A stretch of DNA of 64,000 nt from Candidatus Latescibacterota bacterium (GTDB lineage: Bacteria > Latescibacterota > UBA2968 > GCA-2709665): contig OZ241917.1 in assembly GCA_965203805.1 (NCBI GenBank), forward strand, positions 1,088,001 to 1,152,000. Direction: 5' to 3'. The position numbers and the translations under genes were made by a program. Below, one piece after another: positions 21,201 to 29,846 of the stretch; the first letter of the stretch is position 1; every line of letters starts with the position of its first letter. Under the pieces are notes generated by a model, which saw only the letters and a list, made by a program, of their open reading frames with translations, was not told the origin of the DNA and made no database searches.

Positions 21201-21327
21201 CCCGCCTTCGACTTTCGACGACATTCTGTGTAGGCTGGCCGGTCTCATCCAGCTCCCAGTGTCTGCTCGGGTACTCGTACGGCGAGTTGAGTATCGGTCG
21301 TTCGAAGAATTGATCGCTCAAATCCAA
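18241..21327 (-). CDS. res: type III restriction endonuclease (Res), DEAH helicase plus PD-(D/E)XK nuclease
   Basis: LATGAGKT, LNDEAHHCY, SAT, MLTEGWD, EQVVGRALRR, C-terminal YIPDFIV...IVEIKG. Confidence 0.93.
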   Translation of the reverse strand: MDLSDQFFERPILNSPYEYPSRHWELDETGQPTQNVVESRRRAEFISPIPLPRKRTGSSTDQTAMVFDEAARRLGTEGQQYDLTEIINGVRLQVDRWRKLPNPRQWQVSSETARLLEYWRKHPFNDIKPFFCQIEAVETVIWLTEVAPQAGATGRRFLDHLASANKEANTGLQRLALKLATGAGKTTVMAMLIAWQTINAVRRPQSRRFTRGFLVVTPGITIKDRLRVLQPNDPDSYYKQRELVPGDMLADLQQAKIVITNYHAFKLRERFDLSKGGRLLLQGRGEPLATLESEGQMLQRVMPELMGIKNVIVLNDEAHHCYREKPGRGEEGTLKGDDRKEAEKNTEAARLWISGLETVDRKLGISRVLDLSATPFFLRGSGYAEGTLFPWTMCDFSLMDAIECGIVKLPRVPVADNIPGGDMPKFRNLWEHIRPAMPKKGRGKSKHLDPLSLPVELQTALEALYGHYKNTFEVMENAGITVPPCFIVVCNNTSTSKLVYDYISGFYRETDEGSSNFVQGRLDLFRNFDEYGEKFARPRTLLIDSEQLESGDALDTSFRKMAADEIERFRREIIERTGDRQQAEKISDQELLREVMNTVGKAGRLGDSIRCVVSVSMLTEGWDANNVSHVLGVRAFGTQLLCEQVVGRALRRQSYDLNDIGLFDVEYADVLGIPFDFTAKPVVVAPPAPRETVQVRAMRPERDALEIRFPRVAGYRVELPEERLTAEFNDDSVMELTPDLIGPSITTNQGIIGEGVDLNLIHTNDLRQSTLLFHLTQRLLYTKWRDPGDEPKLHLFGQLKSITRKWLDNCLICKGSTYPAQLMYQALADDACNRITAAITQAQIGSRPVKAVLDPYNPFGSTAEVNFNTTKTRRYQTDPRRCHINWVVLDSDWEAEFCRVAESHPQVKSYVKNHNLGLEVPYRHGSKTRTYIPDFIVVVDDGRGEDDPLHLIVEIKGYRGEDAKQKKTTMDTYWVPGVNNLENYGRWAFAEFSDVYEMQADFESKVEATFDEMIRNEILRCNQQTVEA

Positions 21328-21973
21328 TGAACTCCCTGACGCAAGGGAATCGGGTTGAACCGTCTGCTGCCTGTAAAATCCCGGATATTCGGACGTTTAC
21401 TCACGGGGCGACCCGGCCACGAGGACTGCAACAACCCAAGCATACCTCGCACGTCCGAACGGACGCAAGCCTGGGTTGCGAACTCTGCCGACGGCCGCGA
21501 ACCAGATTTCCCTTGAACCATTGGAGAAAGCCTGAGGATTTCCAACGTTCAGGCCAAAGATTACGGGGAGCGCTGTATCGTTGACACGATACTTCTGTGC
21601 AGGCGTGGAAAAAGTCAGGTATTTGACGCTCCTGGTAAGACAAAATGACACCAATAACCACAATGCATGTCAAGGCAAAACTGCACCTTCTTCGTGATAG
21701 TGGCGAACACTCGCCGTGATGACGGTCGTAGTACGCGACGCCCTCGGGAATTCCGCACGCTCACGGTCCACATTTGCGAACGTCCCGGCGAGTCTCGCCG
21801 TACGCGATCCACCGCCGCGCATCCAATCCGAATACCCTGGCCTGGCCCGAAAAAGCGCGCAACTCTCAGGCGGGCAAGGCGTCTGACTCAATGCAGGCAA
21901 TGATCATCCTTTGGGACAGGAATCCCGGAGGACGTCGAACGCGATTTCCACGATGAATTTCATGGAGGATTGC

Positions 21974-23329
21974 ATGGACGCGACGAGCATTAGATCGACC
22001 ATGATGGGAATTCGAAACACGTTCGGACGGTGGTTTCCCGCCGCCGTTGCCGCGGCCCTGATTGCGTCTCACCCCGGATGCGGCGGGGAATCGCCCCTCG
22101 ATCAGACGCCGCCCGTCTCGGAAGAGGTGCGGTCCGAAAAGGCGCGAAAGACCTCACTGTCCGCGTCGGACGTGAAGCTGGGCGATCTTGTGCGGGGAAA
22201 CAGCGCGTTCGCGTTCGACCTGTACCACGCCCTGCGCGAGCGGGAGGGCAACCTGTTCTATTCGCCTCACAGCATCTCGGTGGCGCTGGCAATGACGTAC
22301 ACGGGCGCGCGGGGTGAGACGGCTCGCCAGATGAAGGAGGTACTCAACTATTCACTCTCTCCGGATCAACTGCATCCGGCCTTCAACGTCCTGGACCTCG
22401 AGTTGGAATCTCGCGGCAAAACGAGCAACGGCCAGGATAGCGCGCCTGTTCGGCTGAACATCGCCAATGCGATCTGGGGACAGAAAGAATATCCGTTCCT
22501 CCCTCAATTCCTCGACGCGCTGGCAGAGAACTACGGCGCCGGGATGCGGACCGTGGATTTTATCAAAAATCCAGAGGTGTCGCGAACGGCGATCAACGAC
22601 TGGGTCGCGGACCAGACCGAGGAAAGGATCAAAGACTTGATTCCGGAGGGCGCCATCGACGTTCTGACGCGGCTGGTCCTGTCCAACGCCATCTATTTCA
22701 ACGCGGCATGGCACCTTCCCTTCGACGAAAAACGCACCTCAACCGATTCATTCTATCTGTTGAGCGGCGACCGGGTCGACGTGCCGATGATGCAGCAAGA
22801 CGATGTATTCAACTTCGCCTGGCACGAGGCGTATCAGGCGCAGGTGGTGGAGTTGCTCTACAGGGGTCGTGAAATATCGATGATTATCTTACTCCCCGCC
22901 GAGGGGGAATTCGAACGATTCGAATCCCTGTTGACTTCGGATCTCGTCAGTGAGATTTTAAAAGGCATGAGCCCCGACCGCCTGAGGCTGTCGATTCCGT
23001 CTTTCGAGCTCGAATCCGGTTTCGAGCTTTCCCAAACTCTCGCCGGGATGGGAATGCCGGACGCATTCAACTCGAAATTGGCGGATTTTTCCGGAATGAT
23101 CGAAAAGAACGACGAGAATGACGACCTGTACTGCTCTGCGGTCGTTCACAAGGCCTTTGTCAAGGTGAACGAAAGGGGCACGGAGGCCGCCGCGGCCACG
23201 GGCGTGGTGATGGGGATAGAATCAGCCATGCCAACGTTTAAGGCCAATCGCCCATTTATCTTTCTCATCCGGGATATTCCGACCAACGCCATCCTGTTTG
23301 TCGGGCGGATGCTGGATCCGGAAAAATAA
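21974..23329 (+). CDS. serpin family protease inhibitor, probable lipoprotein
   Basis: NLFYSPHSI, NAIYFNAAW, hinge ERGTEAAAAT, FKANRPFIFLIRD; GGAGG RBS; signal peptide ending PGC. Confidence 0.93.
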   Translation: MDATSIRSTMMGIRNTFGRWFPAAVAAALIASHPGCGGESPLDQTPPVSEEVRSEKARKTSLSASDVKLGDLVRGNSAFAFDLYHALREREGNLFYSPHSISVALAMTYTGARGETARQMKEVLNYSLSPDQLHPAFNVLDLELESRGKTSNGQDSAPVRLNIANAIWGQKEYPFLPQFLDALAENYGAGMRTVDFIKNPEVSRTAINDWVADQTEERIKDLIPEGAIDVLTRLVLSNAIYFNAAWHLPFDEKRTSTDSFYLLSGDRVDVPMMQQDDVFNFAWHEAYQAQVVELLYRGREISMIILLPAEGEFERFESLLTSDLVSEILKGMSPDRLRLSIPSFELESGFELSQTLAGMGMPDAFNSKLADFSGMIEKNDENDDLYCSAVVHKAFVKVNERGTEAAAATGVVMGIESAMPTFKANRPFIFLIRDIPTNAILFVGRMLDPEK

Positions 23330-23373
23330 ACTTGCGGCTGCCCGCACCCGAATCCGGCAGGTCTCCCGCTCGG

Positions 23374-23408
23374 AATCCGTACGCCGGCAGGGCGTGCGGA
23401 TTTTTTTT
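23374..23408 (+). terminator. intrinsic terminator
   Basis: AATCCGTACGCC-loop-GGCGTGCGGATT followed by a T run. Confidence 0.7.
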
Positions 23409-23441
23409 GCGGCACGGTTCGTCCGATAGACAGGAGGCGCT

Positions 23442-23819
23442 TCAGGCAGGATCCGATTCGCGCTGAAAAAGCTGGAGGAGGACGTCGTTCGGACCGTTGA
23501 AGAAGCTGAGCCGGATATCCGTTCCCTCCGCGTCGAACGGCGCCACGGCAACGTCCACGCCGGCAGCCTCGAGATCGCCGGCGCTGTCGTCCACGTTGCC
23601 TACTTTGAACGAGATATGATGAAAGCCCACGTCTGCCTGCATGGTTTTTTGGGGCATCAGCTCCAGGATGATGTTCCCGGCCTTAAGAAAGACGAAGTCC
23701 TCATCGTCATCATTCGGAAAACGCTCGAGCTCGGTCAGGCCGAGTGTCTCCGTATAGAAGCGTACGGCGCCTTCGATATCGTCGCTCACGACGGCGATTT
23801 TGTGAATATTGTCGATCAT
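23442..23819 (-). CDS. VOC/glyoxalase family protein
   Basis: IHKIAVVSDD, FYTETLG, LELM, GFHHISFKV, GPNDVLLQL. Confidence 0.88.
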   Translation of the reverse strand: MIDNIHKIAVVSDDIEGAVRFYTETLGLTELERFPNDDDEDFVFLKAGNIILELMPQKTMQADVGFHHISFKVGNVDDSAGDLEAAGVDVAVAPFDAEGTDIRLSFFNGPNDVLLQLFQRESDPA

Positions 23820-23895
23820 TGCGTTCTCCTGTGGTTACGAGGATCGGGCTCCCACTCGTATTTCGATTTCAGAACGCGAATTCGCACGGGCGGCC

Positions 23896-25017
23896 TCAAT
23901 ACAACAGCTCGCGCAGTCGCGGGGGAAGCGATCCCCGCTGTGCAGAATGAAGGTGCGTCAGATCGAGGAGGTCGACGCCATAGAACTTCTGAAATGCTGA
24001 ATGGATCTCCTTTTCGTGGTCGGTTATCGCCGGCAGCGGCAGGTTCAACCAGATCCCGTCCTTGCCGGCCGATTCACGGACACCCATCAGGACTTCGATA
24101 TCCCTTCGGGCGTTGCATGCGCCATATTCCAGGGCCTTGCCGTGAACCGCGGCATCGTACAGACTGCACCAGGCCTCGGCGATGGCAATGCCGTCTTCGC
24201 CCGGCAGATTGTAGGCCTCGAGGGGTCGCTCCCATACGACCAGGGGCGCAGATCCCGCGACGGATCGATGTGTCGTCCCCTTCAGCGCGGCGCCCCGATC
24301 CCCAGTGACGATTTCCAGTTTCCTGTCGTCGCCGTAAAGGTGCAGTTCCAGTCCCCGTATGGCCCCTTCCGTGCCCAGAATCTCCCAGTAACCTTTCTTC
24401 TGCAGATGGTGTTCGTACGTCCCGCGGACCGTGTCGGACCAGCGGATGATACCCCGTTCTCTCACATCCTGTGAGGCCGGGCGGGCGCCTGAAACAGACA
24501 GGGGTCCGGATCCCAGAATCGATCTGATTGCGCTGATGCCGTGGTACGAGCCCGAGGTGTAGGAGAGGTAGAATTCCTCAACCTCGCCGATAAGCCCCTG
24601 CTTGACAATCTTCTGCTTCATCCGTTCGCTGGGCCATCTGCGGGCGTTCTCGGAGACTTCCAGAAAAACGCCGTTATCCTCCGCGGCCCGGATCATCATG
24701 TCGGCGCAGGGCAGCGTGTGGGCGATCGGCGTCTCGGTGAGGATATGGACCTTTCGTTCAGCCAGCACGCGGGCGATCGGGTGATGAATCTCCGGCTGGA
24801 CCGCGATCAGTGCGGTATCCAGCGCCTCGGAGTCGAGCATCTCATCCAGATCCGTGTACGCGTTCGCGCCCAGCTTGCCGGCGACAGAACGCGCCTTCTC
24901 CGCGTCGATATCGCACACGCCGACCAACCGGTACCGGTCGGAGAGGATCGGCAGAACGGCCAGATGCGCGCTTGATCGCCCGCCGAGACCAATGACACCA
25001 GCATTCAAGATTGACAT
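23896..25017 (-). CDS. Gfo/Idh/MocA family oxidoreductase
   Basis: GVIGLGGR Rossmann motif, HILTETPIA; GGAGG RBS. Confidence 0.88.
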   Translation of the reverse strand: MSILNAGVIGLGGRSSAHLAVLPILSDRYRLVGVCDIDAEKARSVAGKLGANAYTDLDEMLDSEALDTALIAVQPEIHHPIARVLAERKVHILTETPIAHTLPCADMMIRAAEDNGVFLEVSENARRWPSERMKQKIVKQGLIGEVEEFYLSYTSGSYHGISAIRSILGSGPLSVSGARPASQDVRERGIIRWSDTVRGTYEHHLQKKGYWEILGTEGAIRGLELHLYGDDRKLEIVTGDRGAALKGTTHRSVAGSAPLVVWERPLEAYNLPGEDGIAIAEAWCSLYDAAVHGKALEYGACNARRDIEVLMGVRESAGKDGIWLNLPLPAITDHEKEIHSAFQKFYGVDLLDLTHLHSAQRGSLPPRLRELLY

Positions 25018-25261
25018 GCAACCACATCCTCCCGTTACATGGTCGCAAAGTTGCTGACTCGATCGCCGGCCACGGCGGAACCAGTCGGCGATCGGTACAG
25101 CCGTTCGGAAGGGCCCTGACTGACAACGTCGGGAAGCTTCGGATCTCCCAGCCGGTGCGATTGCCCGCACTCCCGGATCCGCCGTGAATCCGTCCGCGAT
25201 AGAGAAAAAGGCACTCGAAGAGCGCCTCGCGTCGTGTCACCGTATCCAGCCCGCTTGAGGG

Positions 25262-25909
25262 TTACCGGTCCTTTGCGGCCGCCTCCCTCAGCATCTCGAC
25301 AACCTCCGTCTTGTCGCGGTACTCCGCCAGCCAGAGCGCGTTCTTCCCGTTTCTGGCGACGGCGTCGGCGTCGGCGCCCTCATCCAGCAGGCGGCCCACC
25401 ACGTCCGTGTGGCCCCCGTAGGCTGCGTAGATCAGCGGCGTCCAGCCCGAACGCGCGGAGGCATTCACGTCCGCCCCCGCGGTCAACAGGACGTGGACCA
25501 CGCCCGTCAAACCCGCGTCGGCGGCGAGCATCAAAGGCGTCCGCTGGTTCAGATCTCTGACATCCACGACGGCGCCCGCCTCCAGCAGGATCTCGGTGAT
25601 CGTGGAATCCTTCTTGATCGCCGCCTCCATCAGCGCTGTCCGCCTGTAGAGATCGTCATTGACATCGGCGCCGGCGTCGAGCAGGAGTTGAACCACCTCG
25701 GGGACGCCTTTCTTTGCGGCTTCGATCAATGGGGTCGTCCCCCCCTTGCCATCTTCGTTCGCGTCGGCGCCTTCATCAAGAAGCTCCTTTACCCCCTCTT
25801 CATCTCCCTTCCTGACCATGGCGATCAGATCCGTGTCTTCAGCGGATTTGCATGCCGAAAACACCAGAAGCGGGACCAGAACCACAAGATTCAACGCACG
25901 ACGCGCCAT
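25262..25909 (-). CDS. ankyrin-repeat lipoprotein
   Basis: Lipobox FSAC; repeated G-x-TPL-x-x-AA...LL-x-AGADVN units. Confidence 0.92.
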   Translation of the reverse strand: MARRALNLVVLVPLLVFSACKSAEDTDLIAMVRKGDEEGVKELLDEGADANEDGKGGTTPLIEAAKKGVPEVVQLLLDAGADVNDDLYRRTALMEAAIKKDSTITEILLEAGAVVDVRDLNQRTPLMLAADAGLTGVVHVLLTAGADVNASARSGWTPLIYAAYGGHTDVVGRLLDEGADADAVARNGKNALWLAEYRDKTEVVEMLREAAAKDR

Positions 25910-26133
25910 ACGAACACCGGTTTTCGAACCATGTTTTACGCTACAAATCCGCCTTGTGGAAAACGACCGAAACAACACGCTCCTCGCCGAGCCACTCTTC
26001 AAATGCAAATGCCATTGTACGTTCGGCATCTGGAAATCATCAGCGTCACGAACACACCGACCGCCGCTTCGTCCGGAACAACCGTTGGGCCTTCTTGCCG
26101 GATCCGTGGGCCGTCTCGGAATCGGTTTGGCGC

Positions 26134-26556
26134 CTATTCGCCGGATTTGGAGAAAACCAGCGTCAACGTCTGCGCCTGTCCGGCCACCTGCGCGGAAATC
26201 AATATGGTTATCGTATTACCCCCATCCGATACCTGGCCGGATTGGGTGCCGCCGCCGTCGGGCGTGAGCGTCAGGTTCGAACCCGATGAGACGTACCCTC
26301 CCGTCTGTGCGACCCGTACCACGTCATCTGAACCCGCAGTAACGAACGATGCCACAACCGAATACCGGTTTTCGGTCAAGGTCATGATCCCGGAAGCGTC
26401 AGGAGGCGATACTGCCGAGCCCCCGGAAGGCGTCAACCTCAAAAGATCGTAGGACCCCGCCAGCGACCCGGAAGCTACGGGGTTGTTTTCGTCGTCATCG
26501 CCCCCGCAGGCGACAAGGACACAAATCGCCAGCAGACCCAACAGGATGGGCTTCAT
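26134..26556 (-). CDS. small lipoprotein, beta-rich (lipocalin-like)
   Basis: Lipobox LVAC, LAGSYDL strand pattern; AAGGAG RBS. Confidence 0.7.
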   Translation of the reverse strand: MKPILLGLLAICVLVACGGDDDENNPVASGSLAGSYDLLRLTPSGGSAVSPPDASGIMTLTENRYSVVASFVTAGSDDVVRVAQTGGYVSSGSNLTLTPDGGGTQSGQVSDGGNTITILISAQVAGQAQTLTLVFSKSGE

Positions 26557-26768
26557 AAATACGTTCTCCTTCTGGATTTCCGGCGCGGCACCCACACGCG
26601 GAGGGTCTGAACACGCCGGGGCAGCGTTCAATTTCAATATAAATTGCGTACGAGTCTCCGGCAAGCGTTCTTTTGGGCCGCTGGACGTTTCGCACCTCGT
26701 CACCGCCCTCGACAGAGTGGATGTGCAGACGAATGAATTCTCATTTTAAAATTCTGTTTTTTTTGGTG

Positions 26769-26797
26769 TTGACATTGGAAAAAATCCGAGTTATCGT
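26769..26797 (+). promoter_or_regulatory. sigma70-type promoter for the HU/IHF gene
   Basis: TTGACA-17 nt-TATCGT in an AT-rich spacer. Confidence 0.5.
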
Positions 26798-26842
26798 TGA
26801 CCCTTCCATAGCTATCGGAATCGGATTTATCGGGGGAAACGT

Positions 26843-27154
26843 ATGGCAACGATCACCAAGGCTTCTCTGGCGCGTTATCTTTCGGACAACATCGGCCATC
26901 CCAAAACCAAAGCCTTAGAAGCCGTCGACGTCCTGTTCGAAGCCATGACGTCCTCCATCTGCAATGGAAAGCGAATTGAGATCCGTGGTTTTGGCTCCTG
27001 GGAAGTGAAGGAAACAAAGGAAAAGACCCAGGCGCGCAATCCCAGCACCGGGGAAACGGTTTACGTGCCCGCGCGTCGCAAAGTCATGTTCAAACCCGGT
27101 AAGATTCTGAAAAAGGTGCTTTCCCAGTCCCTGGAATCCGGAGCATCGAAGTAG
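26843..27154 (+). CDS. HU/IHF family DNA-binding protein
   Basis: IEIRGFGSW, ARNPSTGE, VPARRKVMFKPGK. Confidence 0.93.
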   Translation: MATITKASLARYLSDNIGHPKTKALEAVDVLFEAMTSSICNGKRIEIRGFGSWEVKETKEKTQARNPSTGETVYVPARRKVMFKPGKILKKVLSQSLESGASK

Positions 27155-27183
27155 ACCTGCGTCCCGAAACGCCGAAACAGCGC

Positions 27184-27990
27184 ATGCGATGGCGTGAAAA
27201 GCTGAACCGGTTTCAGACCGACGGTCCGAACAGGCTCCTGGTGGTCAGCGACTGGGACAGAACGCTGACGCGAGCCACGGCGGAGGACGGCAGAGATCAG
27301 TCTACATGTTCGGTCATTGCGAACAGCGGGCATCTCGGACCGGCCTTCGGACGTCGTTACCGGGAGTTGTTTGACCGCTATCGCGGAATCGAACGCGCGT
27401 CGGATCTACCACGGCACGAGAAGTTGCCCCACCTGCGTCAGTGGTGGACCCGCCAGTTCGATCTGCTGCTCGAATACAAACTCAACGTTCGAATCATTCA
27501 TCGGATTGTCAGCGAAAAACGGCCGCGCCTCCGAGAAGGTGCGCGCCGTTTTTTTTGTCGCCTTCACGACTGCGGCATACCCCTGATCATTCTGTCCGCG
27601 GGCATCAGGCAGATCATCGAAGCCCGGCTCGCCGCTATTGGCGTACCCACCGCAAATGTCGTCATCATCGCCAATGTACTCGACTTCGACACGAAAGGCG
27701 ATGCGGTGGCGTACCATATGCCGCTCATCCACAGCCTGAACAAGACCGGGGCCGGCGCCGAAGCGTTCCCCGGACGCCGGAATCTGCTTCTCCTGGGCGA
27801 CACGCTTGAAGATATCAACATGGCGGCGGGCATCAGCCACGAAAGCCTGCTCAGCTTCGCCTTTCCCGTCGATTTCGACCACATTGAAGACTTTCGTTCC
27901 TTATACGACGTGGTACTCACTCCGGAAGCCTCACTGGAGCCTGTGAATGCAGTCCTGAACGACATATGCGCGCCGTCTCGCCGGCATTGA
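27184..27990 (+). CDS. HAD hydrolase, pyrimidine 5'-nucleotidase (UMPH-1/cN-III)-like
   Basis: VVSDWDRTLT, WW cap motif, ILSAGI, IIAN, IHSLNK, LLLGDTLED. Confidence 0.8.
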   Translation: MRWREKLNRFQTDGPNRLLVVSDWDRTLTRATAEDGRDQSTCSVIANSGHLGPAFGRRYRELFDRYRGIERASDLPRHEKLPHLRQWWTRQFDLLLEYKLNVRIIHRIVSEKRPRLREGARRFFCRLHDCGIPLIILSAGIRQIIEARLAAIGVPTANVVIIANVLDFDTKGDAVAYHMPLIHSLNKTGAGAEAFPGRRNLLLLGDTLEDINMAAGISHESLLSFAFPVDFDHIEDFRSLYDVVLTPEASLEPVNAVLNDICAPSRRH

Positions 27991-28231
27991 CCGGGCGCGA
28001 CGGGCGTCAAGGTTGACGGCCGGTCTCCCGGACCGGGACGGATGCGCGTGCATCCGCCCGCGTGTAGATATGCGGACCGTTCAACGCGCGTCCTGTTGAT
28101 GCGTCAACGGAACCCGGACGGGCCATGGCGCGTGGCCTGTCCCGCGAAGGAAAGGAGGCGAATCATGAAGGAGATGAATACGCGGAGGGTGGCCGGCCGA
28201 TAAGGACGGCCGACATTCCTTCAGAAAGTCG

Positions 28232-28266
28232 AACCGGGCGCCCCGCAAAAGGGGCGCCCGGTTTTT
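28232..28266. terminator. intrinsic terminator
   Basis: AACCGGGCGCCCC-gcaaaa-GGGGCGCCCGGTTTTT. Confidence 0.85.
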
Positions 28267-28292
28267 ACTAAATGCACCTGTCCTGTTTACGG

Positions 28293-29660
28293 CTATTCCA
28301 TTCTCATCGGCATCAGAATCGCCTTCCGGTCGGGATGATCCGTGCAGACAAACAGGAGAGCCTTCAGAGGGTCGGTAAAGAAAATGTCCAGCTCTCCATC
28401 GGCCTCGAGCCCGGACACCACGTCGACAAGCAACCCGTGATTAACACCAGTCCTGAATGGGTCCGGACTTCCTTCCAGGTTTACCTGGCCGTCCACCGTG
28501 ATCGCGAACCTCCAGTACGGAACACCGGCCCAGGGGGCATCATCGTTTGAGACCGGAGAACCGGCTTTCTCTTTGGAGACATTATATCCCATGTCTCTCG
28601 ACGTGATCAGTGAAAGCGTCCCGGTTGTCTCGGCAAACTGAATTTCAACTTGCGGCATATACGTCCAGTCATCGGAAACCGGATGGCGAGGTTCCAGATG
28701 CTCTTGGATCAGATCAATTGCTCGCAGCAATTCGCCTGCAGCCAACCTGACGTGAATGCCCGACGCGTTGGGAACAACCGCTTCGTAGTTTACATAGGGC
28801 TCGTCGATAATCGGAATTTTTCGTTTCTCCTCGCCATCGATGCATAGCTCCGCCACCGTCTCGTGGATGGAAATCGTGGCGCGTTCCGCGCCTCGTTTTT
28901 CCAATACGAAACCCGGCCCCAGGAGCACCTGCGACTCCAGGTCCTCTGTGCCTTCAAGTGTGCGCAGCAACAACCTTGCGCCGTCGCCTGAGACGATGCG
29001 TCCGCCCGAATCCAGGCAGACTCCGCAGAGTTTAAGGCGGGATTCGTCGTTGCTCACTAACCGGGTCGCCCAGTGGAGGGCGCTGAGATCCTGTGCGGTA
29101 AGATCGTAGGTTTCTGCGATTCCTGTCATCTCGCTCATCTCCTTTCGGATCCGCTGCCTCGCCTTCTGCAGGCGGCTGCGGACCGTGTTCAATTCGAGGC
29201 CCAGTTGGCTGGCCGTTTCCTTGTAGGAATGGCCCCTGATATAGTGATATTCGATCACGTCCCGATGGGCTCTAGAAAGCCGGCGAATCGCCTGTCTGAT
29301 CATCATCCGAGCTTCCCGCTCCGCCTCCGAATCGTCAACTGCAAGTTCCCGCCATTCCTCGGTCAACAGACGTTCGAATCGAACCTGAACCATCCGTCGC
29401 CGGTACCACTTTCCGGCCGTGTTTTCCGCAATTGTCGAAAGCCACGGGGAAAACCGGCTTGCATCCCGAAGTTGACCCAGGCGCCGAAACGCCTGCAGGA
29501 ATACCTCCTGCGCCAGGTCTTCGGCGTCGTCCGGTTGCCTGACGATTCGGCGGATTCTCGCGAAAACCAGGCCGCCGTGGCGCTCGACGAGGCAGCCGAA
29601 CGCCCATGTCTGTCCTGAACCTGCAAGCCGGACCAGGTCCCGGTCCTCAAGTGGTTCCAA
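28293..29660 (-). CDS. ECF sigma-70 factor fused to beta-clamp (DnaN)-like domains II-III
   Basis: sigma2 DAEDLAQEVFL/FSPWL and sigma4 SYKETA...TVRSRLQKAR; C-terminal SGDGARL, YVNYEAVVP, ILMPMR. Confidence 0.85.
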   Translation of the reverse strand: MEPLEDRDLVRLAGSGQTWAFGCLVERHGGLVFARIRRIVRQPDDAEDLAQEVFLQAFRRLGQLRDASRFSPWLSTIAENTAGKWYRRRMVQVRFERLLTEEWRELAVDDSEAEREARMMIRQAIRRLSRAHRDVIEYHYIRGHSYKETASQLGLELNTVRSRLQKARQRIRKEMSEMTGIAETYDLTAQDLSALHWATRLVSNDESRLKLCGVCLDSGGRIVSGDGARLLLRTLEGTEDLESQVLLGPGFVLEKRGAERATISIHETVAELCIDGEEKRKIPIIDEPYVNYEAVVPNASGIHVRLAAGELLRAIDLIQEHLEPRHPVSDDWTYMPQVEIQFAETTGTLSLITSRDMGYNVSKEKAGSPVSNDDAPWAGVPYWRFAITVDGQVNLEGSPDPFRTGVNHGLLVDVVSGLEADGELDIFFTDPLKALLFVCTDHPDRKAILMPMRME

Positions 29661-29846
29661 ATGACGCCCCCCTGCAGGTGTGAAACATCACGCACGCGAC
29701 ATGAATACAGATACCCGGCGTGACGGAAAGTATCCTGCGGAAGAAAAAAATCCCGGCGCCACACCTGCTCGCGTTCCTCAAACAAAAAAGCCACCCGATA
29801 CGGGCGGCAGCTTGCCAGATGCATAATGAAAACGAAACGACGACCG

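Larger units (their letters stand above)
6280..21400 (-). other. defence island built around a type III restriction-modification locus
   Basis: Co-oriented block of R-M, toxin-antitoxin, helicase and nuclease genes, visibly more AT-rich than flanks, next to a tRNA; no integrase or att repeat seen; boundaries approximate. Confidence 0.8.

Noticed and set aside
6142-21900. Classical tRNA-integrated element with attL/attR
   Set aside because: No integrase and no repeat of the tRNA 3' end found; the tRNA terminator lies between tRNA and island. GAGTCCTGCA near 18143 is too short and internal to count.
21330-21970. Short ORFs between res and the serpin
   Set aside because: No recognisable motifs or RBS; likely divergent promoter region and island edge.
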